DNA of 64,000 bases from Candidatus Berkelbacteria bacterium (GTDB lineage: Bacteria > Patescibacteriota > UBA1384 > JACPKC01). The stretch's first letter is position 1. The number at the start of each line of letters is the position of its first letter. A program made the position numbers and the translations under genes. Positions 9,495 to 18,762 of the stretch are shown one piece after another. The DNA lies in assembly GCA_016187225.1 (NCBI GenBank), contig JACPKC010000010.1, positions 67,541 through 131,540 on the forward strand, given 5' to 3'. Under the pieces are notes generated by a model. That model was not told the origin of the DNA. It searched no databases and was given only the letters and a program-made list of their open reading frames with translations.

Positions 9495-10181
9495 ATGCAT
9501 TTGCCGGAAACGCTGCGGATTGAAGAAGAAGTTGTCGAATCATTTGGTGTCTCAAAAAAGTATACGATTCTGATCATTTTGATCGGCTTCGCGATTATTG
9601 TTTTGAGTCTTGTGATTGGTACGGTTTTGGAAGAGTCGATTGCGACCGCTGTTCAAACCTTTGGCCCGCTTGCGCCTTTAATTGCAACCTTGCTTTTTTT
9701 AGTGCCGATTGTCCTTGGACTCTATCTTATTGCACTCGGACTTTACTTCCAGTTAGCTTACCAGTATTTTTTAACCACTGAACGCGTTATTCAGTCGATC
9801 GGACTCTTTGCTAAAGATACAACCAGCGCTGAATATAAAGGCATTACCGATATCACTTTGCGCCAGGATTTGTTTAATCGCTTGATCGGCACCGGGACAT
9901 TGCTCATCAATACCGCTGGTGGCCCGATGGTCGAAATTAAATTGGTCAATATCGATCGGCCGAGTGAACGTAAGGAACTCTTGCGTCAACTTGCCCAGGC
10001 CTCGCACCGTGGCAAGAAGATCACGCGTGATCTGTACCGCAAGTTCAAGCACGCGACAGCAATGGCAACTAGAGAAGAGATGATAGCATCTCCAGAACAT
10101 CCATCAATCGAAGATTTACACAGCGATGGGATCGATGAATCAGATCGATTGAGAGCCGCTCAAAAGCGAATTGCGGAATGA
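9495..10181 (+). CDS. Membrane protein with bacterial PH (YdbS/YdbT-like, bPH_2) domain
   Basis: Two TM helices, then ERVIQSIGLFAKDTTSAEYKGITDITLRQDLFNRLIGTGTLLINTAGG, which fits my recollection of the bPH_2 pattern. Confidence 0.55.
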   Translation: MHLPETLRIEEEVVESFGVSKKYTILIILIGFAIIVLSLVIGTVLEESIATAVQTFGPLAPLIATLLFLVPIVLGLYLIALGLYFQLAYQYFLTTERVIQSIGLFAKDTTSAEYKGITDITLRQDLFNRLIGTGTLLINTAGGPMVEIKLVNIDRPSERKELLRQLAQASHRGKKITRDLYRKFKHATAMATREEMIASPEHPSIEDLHSDGIDESDRLRAAQKRIAE

Positions 10182-10750
10182 GTTCTAGCTTATATATTCC
10201 AGTCATCTTGGGGACGATTCGTCCCGGACGTCTTTCAGAGCGAGTGGCGAGGCTTATTTATACCGAGTTGACAAAACTCTCAAATATTCAAACTGAACTC
10301 ATTGACATTCGTGCTTTGGATTTTGATTTCAAAAATGAAGGTCCGAGCGCCCGCATGCCTAAATTTTCTCGCCAAATGTGGCAGATGCACGGGTTAATTA
10401 TCGTGGCGCCTGAATATAATCACAGCTATCCTGGAAGTCTTAAAATGATTATGGATACCAATCTGGCAGAATATCGCGACAAAGCTGTCGGGCTCGTTGG
10501 GGTTTCAGATGGACCTTGGGGAGGCGCGCGCTTGGTTGAAAATTTGATCAACTACACGCAAACACTTGGCCTCAAGCCGCTTCGCACCGCGCTCTATTTT
10601 CCTCAAGCAGAGAAAATCATTGATCCAGAAGGGCAATTGGTCAATCCAAACTACTTGCCGAGAATAAATCGATTTTTCCAAGATCTTATCCTCCTCGCTC
10701 AAACTTTGGCGCCTATTCAAAAACACGCATCAAAGATAGAAGCACTATGA
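10178..10750 (+). CDS. NADPH-dependent FMN reductase family oxidoreductase
   Basis: ILGTIRPGRLSERVA N-terminus and APEYNHSYPGSLK motif typical of the FMN_red family. Confidence 0.7.
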   Translation: MSSSLYIPVILGTIRPGRLSERVARLIYTELTKLSNIQTELIDIRALDFDFKNEGPSARMPKFSRQMWQMHGLIIVAPEYNHSYPGSLKMIMDTNLAEYRDKAVGLVGVSDGPWGGARLVENLINYTQTLGLKPLRTALYFPQAEKIIDPEGQLVNPNYLPRINRFFQDLILLAQTLAPIQKHASKIEAL

Positions 10751-12486
10751 GCTCACTGGAACGTCACTGGTTAGCGCCCGATCGCGTTCACGCTGATCTC
10801 GTTCGTCAACTTCTGGCGAATCGTTCGATTACCGATGAAGAAAAATTCTTTAATCCGGATTTTGAACGAGACAGCCATGATCCGTTTCTCTTAACTGGCA
10901 TGGACAAGGCAATCTTGCGAATTCAGCAAGCGCTTTCAGTAAAAGAAGTAATCGCAGTCTTTGGCGATTACGACGCCGACGGCATTCCGGGGACTGCCCT
11001 GCTGGTTAAAATTTTGCGGTCTCATCAGGCAACCGTTATTCCCTACATTCCCAATCGTGAGAGGGAGGGCTATGGCTTAAATGAAGCCGCTTTACGGCAT
11101 CTAAAAGATCAAAAGGTTGCCCTAGTGATCACAGTTGATCTTGGAATTACGAATAGGCATGAAGTCAAATTTGCGACCGAATTAGGTCTCGATGTGATTG
11201 TGACCGACCACCACCACATCGAGGCTCAACAGCTCCCTGACAAGGCGATCGCTCTTTTGCATCCCGCTCTGCCGGGTTCGCGCTACCCTTTTGCCAATTT
11301 GGCGGGCGGCGGTGTTGCTTGGAAGCTGACTCAAGCGCTTCAACGCACAACCGGAATTCCTTCCCTTGCACAACTTAAGTGGTGGTTCGAGCTCCCAGCT
11401 ATTAGCACCGTTTGCGATATTGTTCCAATCGTCGATGAAAATCGGATGATTGTTCACTTTGGTATGAAAGTTCTGGCGCAAACTCGCAATGAGGGTTTGC
11501 GGGCACTTTACAAGACGGGTGGAATTGATTCCACCCGTCTCACAGAGAGAGTGATTGGTTTTCAGATCGGCCCTCGCCTGAACGCGCCGGGGCGGATCGA
11601 TCATGCGGCTCTCGCGCTCGAACTTTTATTAACAGAAGATTCTCTTCAAGCCCAGGAGATTGCCGCTCGGATTGAGCTCCAAAATCGCACTCGACAGGAG
11701 CAGTTGGAAGCGATGGTCAATTCAGCGCGTCAAGAAATCTTACAGAACAAATACTACGATCAGGCGGCAATCGTACTTTTAAATGAACATTGGTCGATAG
11801 GTCTAATTGGACTAGCCGCCTCGCGCCTAGTCGAACAGTTCCATCGCCCAATTATCCTGCTTGGCGCCTATGGGAAAGAAGCGAAGGGTTCAGGACGGAG
11901 TATCGACGGTTTCAATTTATTCGGAGCCATTCATGCTCAAAGCCGATTTTTAACGAGTTATGGCGGACACGAAAAGGCGGCTGGATTTCATCTGCCGATT
12001 AAAAATGTCAACAAATTCAAGGCTCGATTTATTGAACATGCGCGGATACATCTCACGTCCGACCAACTTTTGCCGACGCTCAAAACTGACGCTGAAATCA
12101 AACCTGATGAAATCACCAATGAGCTGGTGACGAACCTCATGCGTTTCGCGCCTCATGGGCCGAGTAATCCAAAACCGCGCTTTATCATCGGACCGCTCAC
12201 GATTGCGTCAGTGAAAGCTGTTGGCGCCGAAAGTCAGCATGTTAAGTTCAGTTTCAATGAGGGCGCACCAAATCAGCTTGAGGCGATTGGTTTTCGATTG
12301 GGTGAAAAAGCGAGGAGCTATACATCTCACGACCGTATTTATATCGTTGGGTCGCTCGAGTTCAACGAGTGGAATGGTCTTGACCGAATTCAAATTAAGG
12401 CCGACGATATTAAACTGGCTCAAGCGTGGGAGATAGAACAGAAATCGAGCGATAACTTGCTTTTTGATACGATAAACAAAAGTTAA
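10747..12486 (+). CDS. recJ: Single-stranded-DNA-specific exonuclease RecJ
   Basis: DHH motifs (GDYDADGI, VTDHHH) and DHHA1 region (GGHEKAAG). Confidence 0.9.
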   Translation: MSSLERHWLAPDRVHADLVRQLLANRSITDEEKFFNPDFERDSHDPFLLTGMDKAILRIQQALSVKEVIAVFGDYDADGIPGTALLVKILRSHQATVIPYIPNREREGYGLNEAALRHLKDQKVALVITVDLGITNRHEVKFATELGLDVIVTDHHHIEAQQLPDKAIALLHPALPGSRYPFANLAGGGVAWKLTQALQRTTGIPSLAQLKWWFELPAISTVCDIVPIVDENRMIVHFGMKVLAQTRNEGLRALYKTGGIDSTRLTERVIGFQIGPRLNAPGRIDHAALALELLLTEDSLQAQEIAARIELQNRTRQEQLEAMVNSARQEILQNKYYDQAAIVLLNEHWSIGLIGLAASRLVEQFHRPIILLGAYGKEAKGSGRSIDGFNLFGAIHAQSRFLTSYGGHEKAAGFHLPIKNVNKFKARFIEHARIHLTSDQLLPTLKTDAEIKPDEITNELVTNLMRFAPHGPSNPKPRFIIGPLTIASVKAVGAESQHVKFSFNEGAPNQLEAIGFRLGEKARSYTSHDRIYIVGSLEFNEWNGLDRIQIKADDIKLAQAWEIEQKSSDNLLFDTINKS

Positions 12487-12499
12487 GAAAGGCAACATA

Positions 12500-13132
12500 A
12501 TGTCTTATACATTACCTCAATTAGGGTACGCCTACGACGCGCTTGAGCCGGTGATCGACGCCCAGACCATGGAAATTCATCATAAAAAGCATCATCAAGC
12601 CTATATCGATAAACTCAATACTGTTCTCAAAAGCCAGGCTGATCTTGGTGAATACAACATTAATGCGCTGATGAGTCAGCTCGAATCGATTCCTGAAGAA
12701 ATACGAATGCTTGTTCGCAATCATGGCGGCGGTCATGCCAATCACTCATTTTTTTGGGAGATAATGTGCCCACTTCGTGACCGCGACGAGATGGCAGAAA
12801 AACAAGCCAAACAGATGCTTGCCAAAGTCTTAGAAGAAAATTTTGATAGTCTTGAAAAATTTCAAGCACAATTCACAGAAGCGGCGCTCAATCGTTTTGG
12901 TTCAGGTTGGACATGGCTCATGGTTAACAGTTTGGGCGATCTCGAGATCGCATCGACGCCAAATCAGGATAATCCCTGGATGGAGGGCAAGACACCGATT
13001 CTCGGTTTGGATGTTTGGGAGCATGCCTATTACTTAAAATATCAAAATCGTCGGGCTGACTATATCGAAGCCTGGTGGCAAGCAGTTAACTGGCCTAAGG
13101 CGGTCGAGTTTCTGAAATTAGCCCAGAAGTAA
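12500..13132 (+). CDS. sodA: Fe/Mn superoxide dismutase
   Basis: LPQLGYAYDALEPVIDAQTMEIHHKKHHQAYI and DVWEHAYYLKYQNRR motifs. Confidence 0.95.
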   Translation: MSYTLPQLGYAYDALEPVIDAQTMEIHHKKHHQAYIDKLNTVLKSQADLGEYNINALMSQLESIPEEIRMLVRNHGGGHANHSFFWEIMCPLRDRDEMAEKQAKQMLAKVLEENFDSLEKFQAQFTEAALNRFGSGWTWLMVNSLGDLEIASTPNQDNPWMEGKTPILGLDVWEHAYYLKYQNRRADYIEAWWQAVNWPKAVEFLKLAQK

Positions 13133-13140
13133 CATTGCAT

Positions 13141-13169
13141 CATAAAATTATTGGGGAACACATCGAATG
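13141..13169. repeat. Copy C of the CAT...ATG junction element (F orientation): cataaaattattggggaacacatcgaatg
   Basis: Read directly. Fills the sodA-radA spacer. The terminal ATG is the radA start codon. Confidence 0.9.
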
Positions 13170-14507
13170 GCAAAAACAGCGACAAGCGTTTTTGTTTGCA
13201 CCGAATGCGGGAGTGAAACTGCGCAGTGGGTCGGGCGTTGCGGCGCTTGCGGCACTTGGAATAGTGTGCGAGTAATGCGTGGCTTATTGAGCCGATCACA
13301 AGTTCATCACGTTGAGCATAATCTTGGGTCAATCGACTTGACTCCGCTTGCGAACGCTAAACTTAAGGCGGCTCCGGAACGAAGGAGATCCTTGCAAGAA
13401 GTTGACCGTGTGTTGGGTGGTGGACTAATGCCGGGGAGCGCCATTCTTTTGGCGGGTGAGCCTGGGGTTGGCAAGTCGACACTGCTTCTTGAGATCGCAA
13501 AATGCGTCGCAGTTCAGGGCGAGGTGCGGTATATTTCGGGCGAAGAATCGGTTTTTCAAGTGAGTGATCGCGCTCGGCGCCTTCAAGCTCTCGCGTCCCA
13601 ACTCGTAGCTATATCACTCACGAACGTTGATCAAATAATCGAAATTATGCGCCAAACGCCTCGGCCGGGGCTCGTGATGATCGATTCAATTCAAACCGTC
13701 TATGATCCTCAATTTCCTTCCACGCCGGGGAGTTTGGTTCAAGTTCGAGAATGTGCTCTCAAGTTAGTCGCTGAAATTAAACTCCTTAACATCCCACTTA
13801 TTCTAACGAGTCATGTTACCAAAGAGGGTACCCTGGCGGGGCCGCGCGCGCTTGAACATTTAGTCGATGTCGTACTCTATTTAGAAGGGGAAAGGACACA
13901 TGCTTTACGCATGTTGCGCGGCGTTAAAAATCGCTACGGCCCAACCGATGAGATCGGTGTTTTTCAGATGAAAGAGTCCGGACTCGAGGCAGTTGAGAAC
14001 CCATCGGCACGTTTTTTAGCCGATCGCGCCGAGAATACATCTGGGTCAGTAGTTGCGCCAATTATTGAAGGCACGCGACCCTTTTTAGTTGAGGTGCAAT
14101 CGTTGGCGACAAAAACGACATTTGGTTATCCTAAGCGTCGGGCGCTGGGTGTTGAGACTAATCGACTCGAGCTCATTCTTGCCGTCCTCGAAACCCGTGT
14201 CGGTCTGTGTTTAGCTGAATATGATATCTTTGTTAATCTTGTCGGTGGCTTTCGTGTGACCGAGCCCGCCGTTGATTTGGCAATCGCAATGGCCGTGGCT
14301 TCCGCCGTTACTAATCTACCGCTTGATCCACATCTCGCTGTTTATGGTGAAATTGGTTTAAGTGGCGAGATTCGCCCAGTAACTTTTGCTCTGCGGCGCA
14401 AAAAAGAGATGGAACGGCTTGGCTTTCACCCGCTGACCGGTAAGCGTTTGGTTGATATTTTGAATCAAGTTTTGCCTGGCTGGCAAAAAATCAAGGGCAG
14501 GGGATAG
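13167..14507 (+). CDS. radA: DNA repair protein RadA/Sms
   Basis: N-terminal zinc ribbon [23 protein letters not shown], Walker [15 protein letters not shown] motif, Lon-like C-terminal domain. Confidence 0.95.
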
Positions 14508-14712
14508 AATCGTCGGGTGGCCAACAAGCATCGGCATCTGTTGGGGGCTGAATATCGGTGGTTGAAAGCGGCGGTTCGCCGATTGGTGTGATACTTGTCG
14601 CCCCGCCTACATTATTAGGCGGCTCTGCTTTGGGTATTGAAACCACGATCGTGATTAAAATGCCGAGAGCAAGAAATCCAATTAATAACCAGAATGAGAG
14701 TGGCCATTTCAT
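14491..14712 (-). CDS. Small hypothetical membrane protein (73 aa)
   Basis: N-terminal TM helix. ATGA start/stop overlap with the upstream PBP1A gene suggests translational coupling. Overlaps the radA 3' end by 17 nt. Confidence 0.35.
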
Positions 14713-17525
14713 AACGAGGGTGTAGCTGAATCTTGATATCGAACGCCAGTTGCTTGGTTGCCGGACGAATCAACGCTGATAAGTGTGAAGTAATACTTGA
14801 CCGCATTCGTCAGGCCGGTAACGGTATAGGTGCTGATTGTGTTTGGGTTTACTAGGACTTCAGTTGGATAGAGCGAGCCAATTTCGCTTGGCTTAGTTGA
14901 AAGATAAATGCGGACTCGTTCCAGATCTAGGTCAGTCGGATTCGTCCATGTTAGTTGAACTGCAGCATTGAGACCAGTGGCGTCGACATTGCTTACCGAT
15001 TCAGGTGGAGTAGCATCTGATCGAACAGTTACAGTTAAGGTTTGGCTAGTTGAGGCGCCATTTTGATCGTAAGTTGTGACGGTCAGCGTATGATCACCTT
15101 CCCCTAGATCAGATGCTTGCACTGTAAATTGATAAGGCGACACAGCATCAAAGCCTCGACCTTGACCATCTATCGCCAAGTCAACTGATCGGACTCCGAA
15201 GGTTGCACTCGCTTCCGCGGTAATGGTCACTGTTCCCGAAACTACCGCGCCATTGGTTGGCTCGAGAATATTAACGATCGGGATAGTGTCCTCGGTATAA
15301 TCAGTGTCAGTCTCAGTCGGCGGACTGCCAAGCTCGATTCCATTTGCTTGTGCCCAGGCAAGTACCGGATTCTCCCAACGCGGGTCGCCTGGTTTTTCAG
15401 AATGCAGAACGGTATAAGTTTTTTCCTCAACCAGACTTTGAGGCGTTAAGGATGTGGCGAGTTTACCGGTCAATTTGTTGATTTGAACTTTAACGTGAAT
15501 GTCGTCTTTCTCTTTCGGAATTTGCCACGGGGCAAAGAGATCGCTCACTAATTCGCCAGAGCTATCGGTTGGCAATTTGTTTGAAAATTTATCCACAGAG
15601 AGCGTTTTAAGTGTTTCCGGCTTCGTGAAGGTGCGATTGTCAGTTGGGTCAAGAGCGGCACTTAAATAATTGCGAAAGATTGGCGCCGCCACGACAGAGC
15701 CATCAGCGCCCTGACGCATCGGTGAATTATCGTTGTTACCAACCCAGACCGCGGTTGAAAGCCCGGGTGTGTAGCCAACGGTCCAGCCGTCGCGGAATTC
15801 CTGGGTCGTCCCGGTTTTGGCCGCGACCGCGCGATTTGGGAAATAGAGCGCCGAGCGCGGGCCAAAAATTGGAGTCCGAGCGTTGTTGTCGGAAAGAATG
15901 TTGGTAATCTGATAGGCAACGTTTGGGTCCAGGACTTCTTTTTCGCCCTTCCCAGGCCGGTGTTCTTTTAAAGTCCGGCCATTTGCGTCTTCCACTTTAA
16001 GAATTGAAACCGGTGGGCGGTAGGTGCCGCCGTTAGCGAAAACGGCAAACGCCGTGGCCATATCAAGCGGGCGCACCTCGCCGCCGCCTAAAACCAATGA
16101 TAAGCCGTAGCGTTCAGGTTGATTCAAAGTTGTAATACCCAGATCGTGGGCCGTCTTCAAGGTCTCATCGAGACCCACCAGCCATAGCATTTTTACGGCC
16201 GGGATATTAAGTGAATTTGCCAACGCGTGCCGAACTGTGACTGGCCCGCTGAACGATCCATTGTAGTTATTTGGCTCGTAGTTGCCAAAGTCAGTTTTTA
16301 CATCCCAGAGTACAGAGGCGGGATTGTATTTTTCCTTGAAACCTGTCGCGTAGACGATCGGTTTGAAACTTGAACCTGGCTGACGGGCGGCAAGGGTTAC
16401 GTTCACATTGCCGTCGTGTTCAGTGTCGAAATAGTTTGCCGATCCGACCATCGCTAGAATTTCACCAGTTTCAGGTTTAACCGAGACCAGTGCGGCGTTA
16501 TTTCCGCCCTGTCGACGAACATTTTCAATGCCTTTTGAGATTGCCGTTTGAGCGTCTCGCTGAAAGTCGAGATCGAGCGTCGTTGTTACACGCAGACCGC
16601 CTTCTTCCACCATCTGTTCACCAAATTCTTCCACGAGCTGTTCGCGGACATAGAAGACAAAGTGCGGCGCCTCAATCGAATCTCGGCGCGGCAAAACTGA
16701 AATCGGTTTCGCCAAAGCGATTTCAGTCTCATCTTTTGTGGCGTAGCCCAACTCAACCATGGAATTCAAAATCCAATCGCGTCGGATTTTGAGATCATCA
16801 GTATGCGTGCCATAAGGTGAATAATAGGTTGGTGCTTGAGGAATAGCCGCCAGCGTTGCCGCCTCATGAAGTTCAAGATCTTTAGCGTCTTTGCCAAAGA
16901 AAGCGCGCGAGGCAGCCTGAACACCATAGCTGTTCGAGCCATAAGGAATTTCGTTGAGATAAAAAGTCAGAATCTCGTCTTTGGAAAACATCGCTTCAAT
17001 CTCGAGCGTTAAGATTACTTCTTTAATCTTGCGGTCGAGAGTCTTTTTGTTGGTTAAGAGCGCGTTTTTAACATACTGTTGGGTGATCGTTGAACCGCCC
17101 ACTCGAGCGCCGGTGAAAACGTCTAAGAAAACGGCGCGCGCCAAACCTTTAAAATCGAGGCCAAAGTGTTCGTAGAATTTTCGATCTTCAGCTGTAATCG
17201 TGGCTTGTTTGATTGAAGAGGGGATATCCTTATCAGTTAAAATAGTGCGGTTTTGATCACCGTGGAGTTCGTACAAAAGCTCGCCGTCGCGGTCGTAAAT
17301 TTTAGTGGATTGAGCGGCTTCATACTTACGAATTTTGCCTGGTGTCGGCAAATCTTTAGAGTACCAAGCAAAGATCGCGGCCGTGGCGAACAAACTGACT
17401 ACGACCAACGCCTTCAGCGCCCGCCAAAAAAAACGCTTGTTCCAGCCCCGCTTCTTGAAAGCTTTTTGGACGCCTTTCTTGATTTGGCGAGGACGAATGT
17501 TGAGAGGATTATGAAAAACAGGCAT
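14709..17525 (-). CDS. Bifunctional class A penicillin-binding protein (glycosyltransferase + transpeptidase) with C-terminal Ig/FN3-like domains
   Basis: GT51 motifs (EDRKFYEHFG, GGSTITQQ). Transpeptidase SxxK (GSSFKP) and KTGT (AKTGTT). About 200 aa of beta-rich C-terminal extension. Confidence 0.9.
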   Translation of the reverse strand: MPVFHNPLNIRPRQIKKGVQKAFKKRGWNKRFFWRALKALVVVSLFATAAIFAWYSKDLPTPGKIRKYEAAQSTKIYDRDGELLYELHGDQNRTILTDKDIPSSIKQATITAEDRKFYEHFGLDFKGLARAVFLDVFTGARVGGSTITQQYVKNALLTNKKTLDRKIKEVILTLEIEAMFSKDEILTFYLNEIPYGSNSYGVQAASRAFFGKDAKDLELHEAATLAAIPQAPTYYSPYGTHTDDLKIRRDWILNSMVELGYATKDETEIALAKPISVLPRRDSIEAPHFVFYVREQLVEEFGEQMVEEGGLRVTTTLDLDFQRDAQTAISKGIENVRRQGGNNAALVSVKPETGEILAMVGSANYFDTEHDGNVNVTLAARQPGSSFKPIVYATGFKEKYNPASVLWDVKTDFGNYEPNNYNGSFSGPVTVRHALANSLNIPAVKMLWLVGLDETLKTAHDLGITTLNQPERYGLSLVLGGGEVRPLDMATAFAVFANGGTYRPPVSILKVEDANGRTLKEHRPGKGEKEVLDPNVAYQITNILSDNNARTPIFGPRSALYFPNRAVAAKTGTTQEFRDGWTVGYTPGLSTAVWVGNNDNSPMRQGADGSVVAAPIFRNYLSAALDPTDNRTFTKPETLKTLSVDKFSNKLPTDSSGELVSDLFAPWQIPKEKDDIHVKVQINKLTGKLATSLTPQSLVEEKTYTVLHSEKPGDPRWENPVLAWAQANGIELGSPPTETDTDYTEDTIPIVNILEPTNGAVVSGTVTITAEASATFGVRSVDLAIDGQGRGFDAVSPYQFTVQASDLGEGDHTLTVTTYDQNGASTSQTLTVTVRSDATPPESVSNVDATGLNAAVQLTWTNPTDLDLERVRIYLSTKPSEIGSLYPTEVLVNPNTISTYTVTGLTNAVKYYFTLISVDSSGNQATGVRYQDSATPSL

Positions 17526-17573
17526 AGATTTAACTCATTGTTATTCTACCACATTCTTCTTATACTACTCATC

Positions 17574-18752
17574 ATGACGACTCCTTACTGGCGTCTTGCC
17601 GCCGATAAGATTTATCCAAGCAAAGATAGGCTCGTTCGTACGTTGAAGGCGCGTTCGTTAAGGATCTACTTTGGCGCCGATCCGACTGCGCCTTTTCTCC
17701 ATCTTGGGCACACTGTGCCGCTTAAAATTTTACGCGAACTGCAAGAGCAAGGTCATCGGGTCGTAGTCTTGTTTGGTGATTTTACAACTCTCATCGGAGA
17801 CCCGTCTGGTCGCGACCAGAGTCGACCGACACTTGACGAACAAGCGATTGCGACTAATCTTTTGACCTATCGCGAGCAAGTTCTAAAAATTCTTGACCCT
17901 AAGAAAACAGAGTTTCGTTCCAATAGCGAGTGGTATTTGAACCCCCGTTCAAGCGGCGCGCTTAGAGAATTCCTGCGTCTTGGCCTAAACTTTACCGCGG
18001 CTCAACTTTGGGAAAGAGATTTATTTCAGGAGCGTCAGAAAAAGGGCCAGCCAGTCTCTTTAACCGAATTTATTTATCCTGTGCTTCAAGCTTATGATTT
18101 CATCGCCTTGGAGGCCGATGCGCAAGTCGGTGGCACCGATCAAACCTTTAACATGCTAGCTGGCCGGGATTTGGCGAAAAAATTAGGTAAAGGAGAAAAG
18201 TTTGTCATCACGACCCAACTTTTGCGTGGCACAGACGGGCACAAGATGGGTAAATCGTTTAATAACTTCATCGCGCTTACAGATGCGCCAAATGAGATGT
18301 ATGGCAAACTGATGTCGGTTCGCGATGAACTTCTCCCAGAATATTTTATGCTTGCAGTTGGCATTGATCCAAATGCATCCAAAGTGCGAACACTAATCGA
18401 TGCGAATCCGCGCGAAGCGAAAGCAAAAATGGCCTACGAAGTTGTAGCTTTTTATCATGGCGCCGACAGAGCTTTGATGGCTCAAAAAGCCTTTGATCAG
18501 CAATTTCAAGCAAAAGAATTGCCAGGCGAGATTGAAAATCGGACACCATCGGTAACCGGGAATGAAAAGCTTGCCTTTTACTTGGTTGACCTTGACTTAG
18601 CGACATCTAAAACCGAAGCAGGTCGCCTCATTGAACAGGGTGGTGTCAAAGTCGATGGCGCTGTTATTGCCGATCTGCACGCGCTGATCACGCCGCATGA
18701 CGGCATGTTGATTCAGGTTGGCAAACGACACTTTGTCCGCATAAAATTATAG
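17574..18752 (+). CDS. tyrS: Tyrosyl-tRNA synthetase
   Basis: HIGH-type HLGH and KMSKS-type KMGKS motifs, C-terminal S4-like domain. The start is moved to ATG 17574 because the longer ORF from 17253 overlaps the divergent PBP1A gene. Confidence 0.9.
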   Translation: MTTPYWRLAADKIYPSKDRLVRTLKARSLRIYFGADPTAPFLHLGHTVPLKILRELQEQGHRVVVLFGDFTTLIGDPSGRDQSRPTLDEQAIATNLLTYREQVLKILDPKKTEFRSNSEWYLNPRSSGALREFLRLGLNFTAAQLWERDLFQERQKKGQPVSLTEFIYPVLQAYDFIALEADAQVGGTDQTFNMLAGRDLAKKLGKGEKFVITTQLLRGTDGHKMGKSFNNFIALTDAPNEMYGKLMSVRDELLPEYFMLAVGIDPNASKVRTLIDANPREAKAKMAYEVVAFYHGADRALMAQKAFDQQFQAKELPGEIENRTPSVTGNEKLAFYLVDLDLATSKTEAGRLIEQGGVKVDGAVIADLHALITPHDGMLIQVGKRHFVRIKL

Positions 18753-18762
18753 TTGCGAGATC

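Noticed and set aside
13141-13169. LexA/SOS-box (GAAC-N4-GTTC) reading of the GGAACACATC core upstream of radA
   Set aside because: Only one half-site is present in each copy (GAAC-ACAT-CGAA or CTAA). The same element also precedes murG and pth, which are not SOS genes.
17253-17573. N-terminal 107-aa extension of the tyrS ORF given in the ORF track
   Set aside because: It overlaps the 5' end of the divergent PBP1A gene and has no TyrRS-like sequence. The conserved TyrRS N-terminus begins at ATG 17574.
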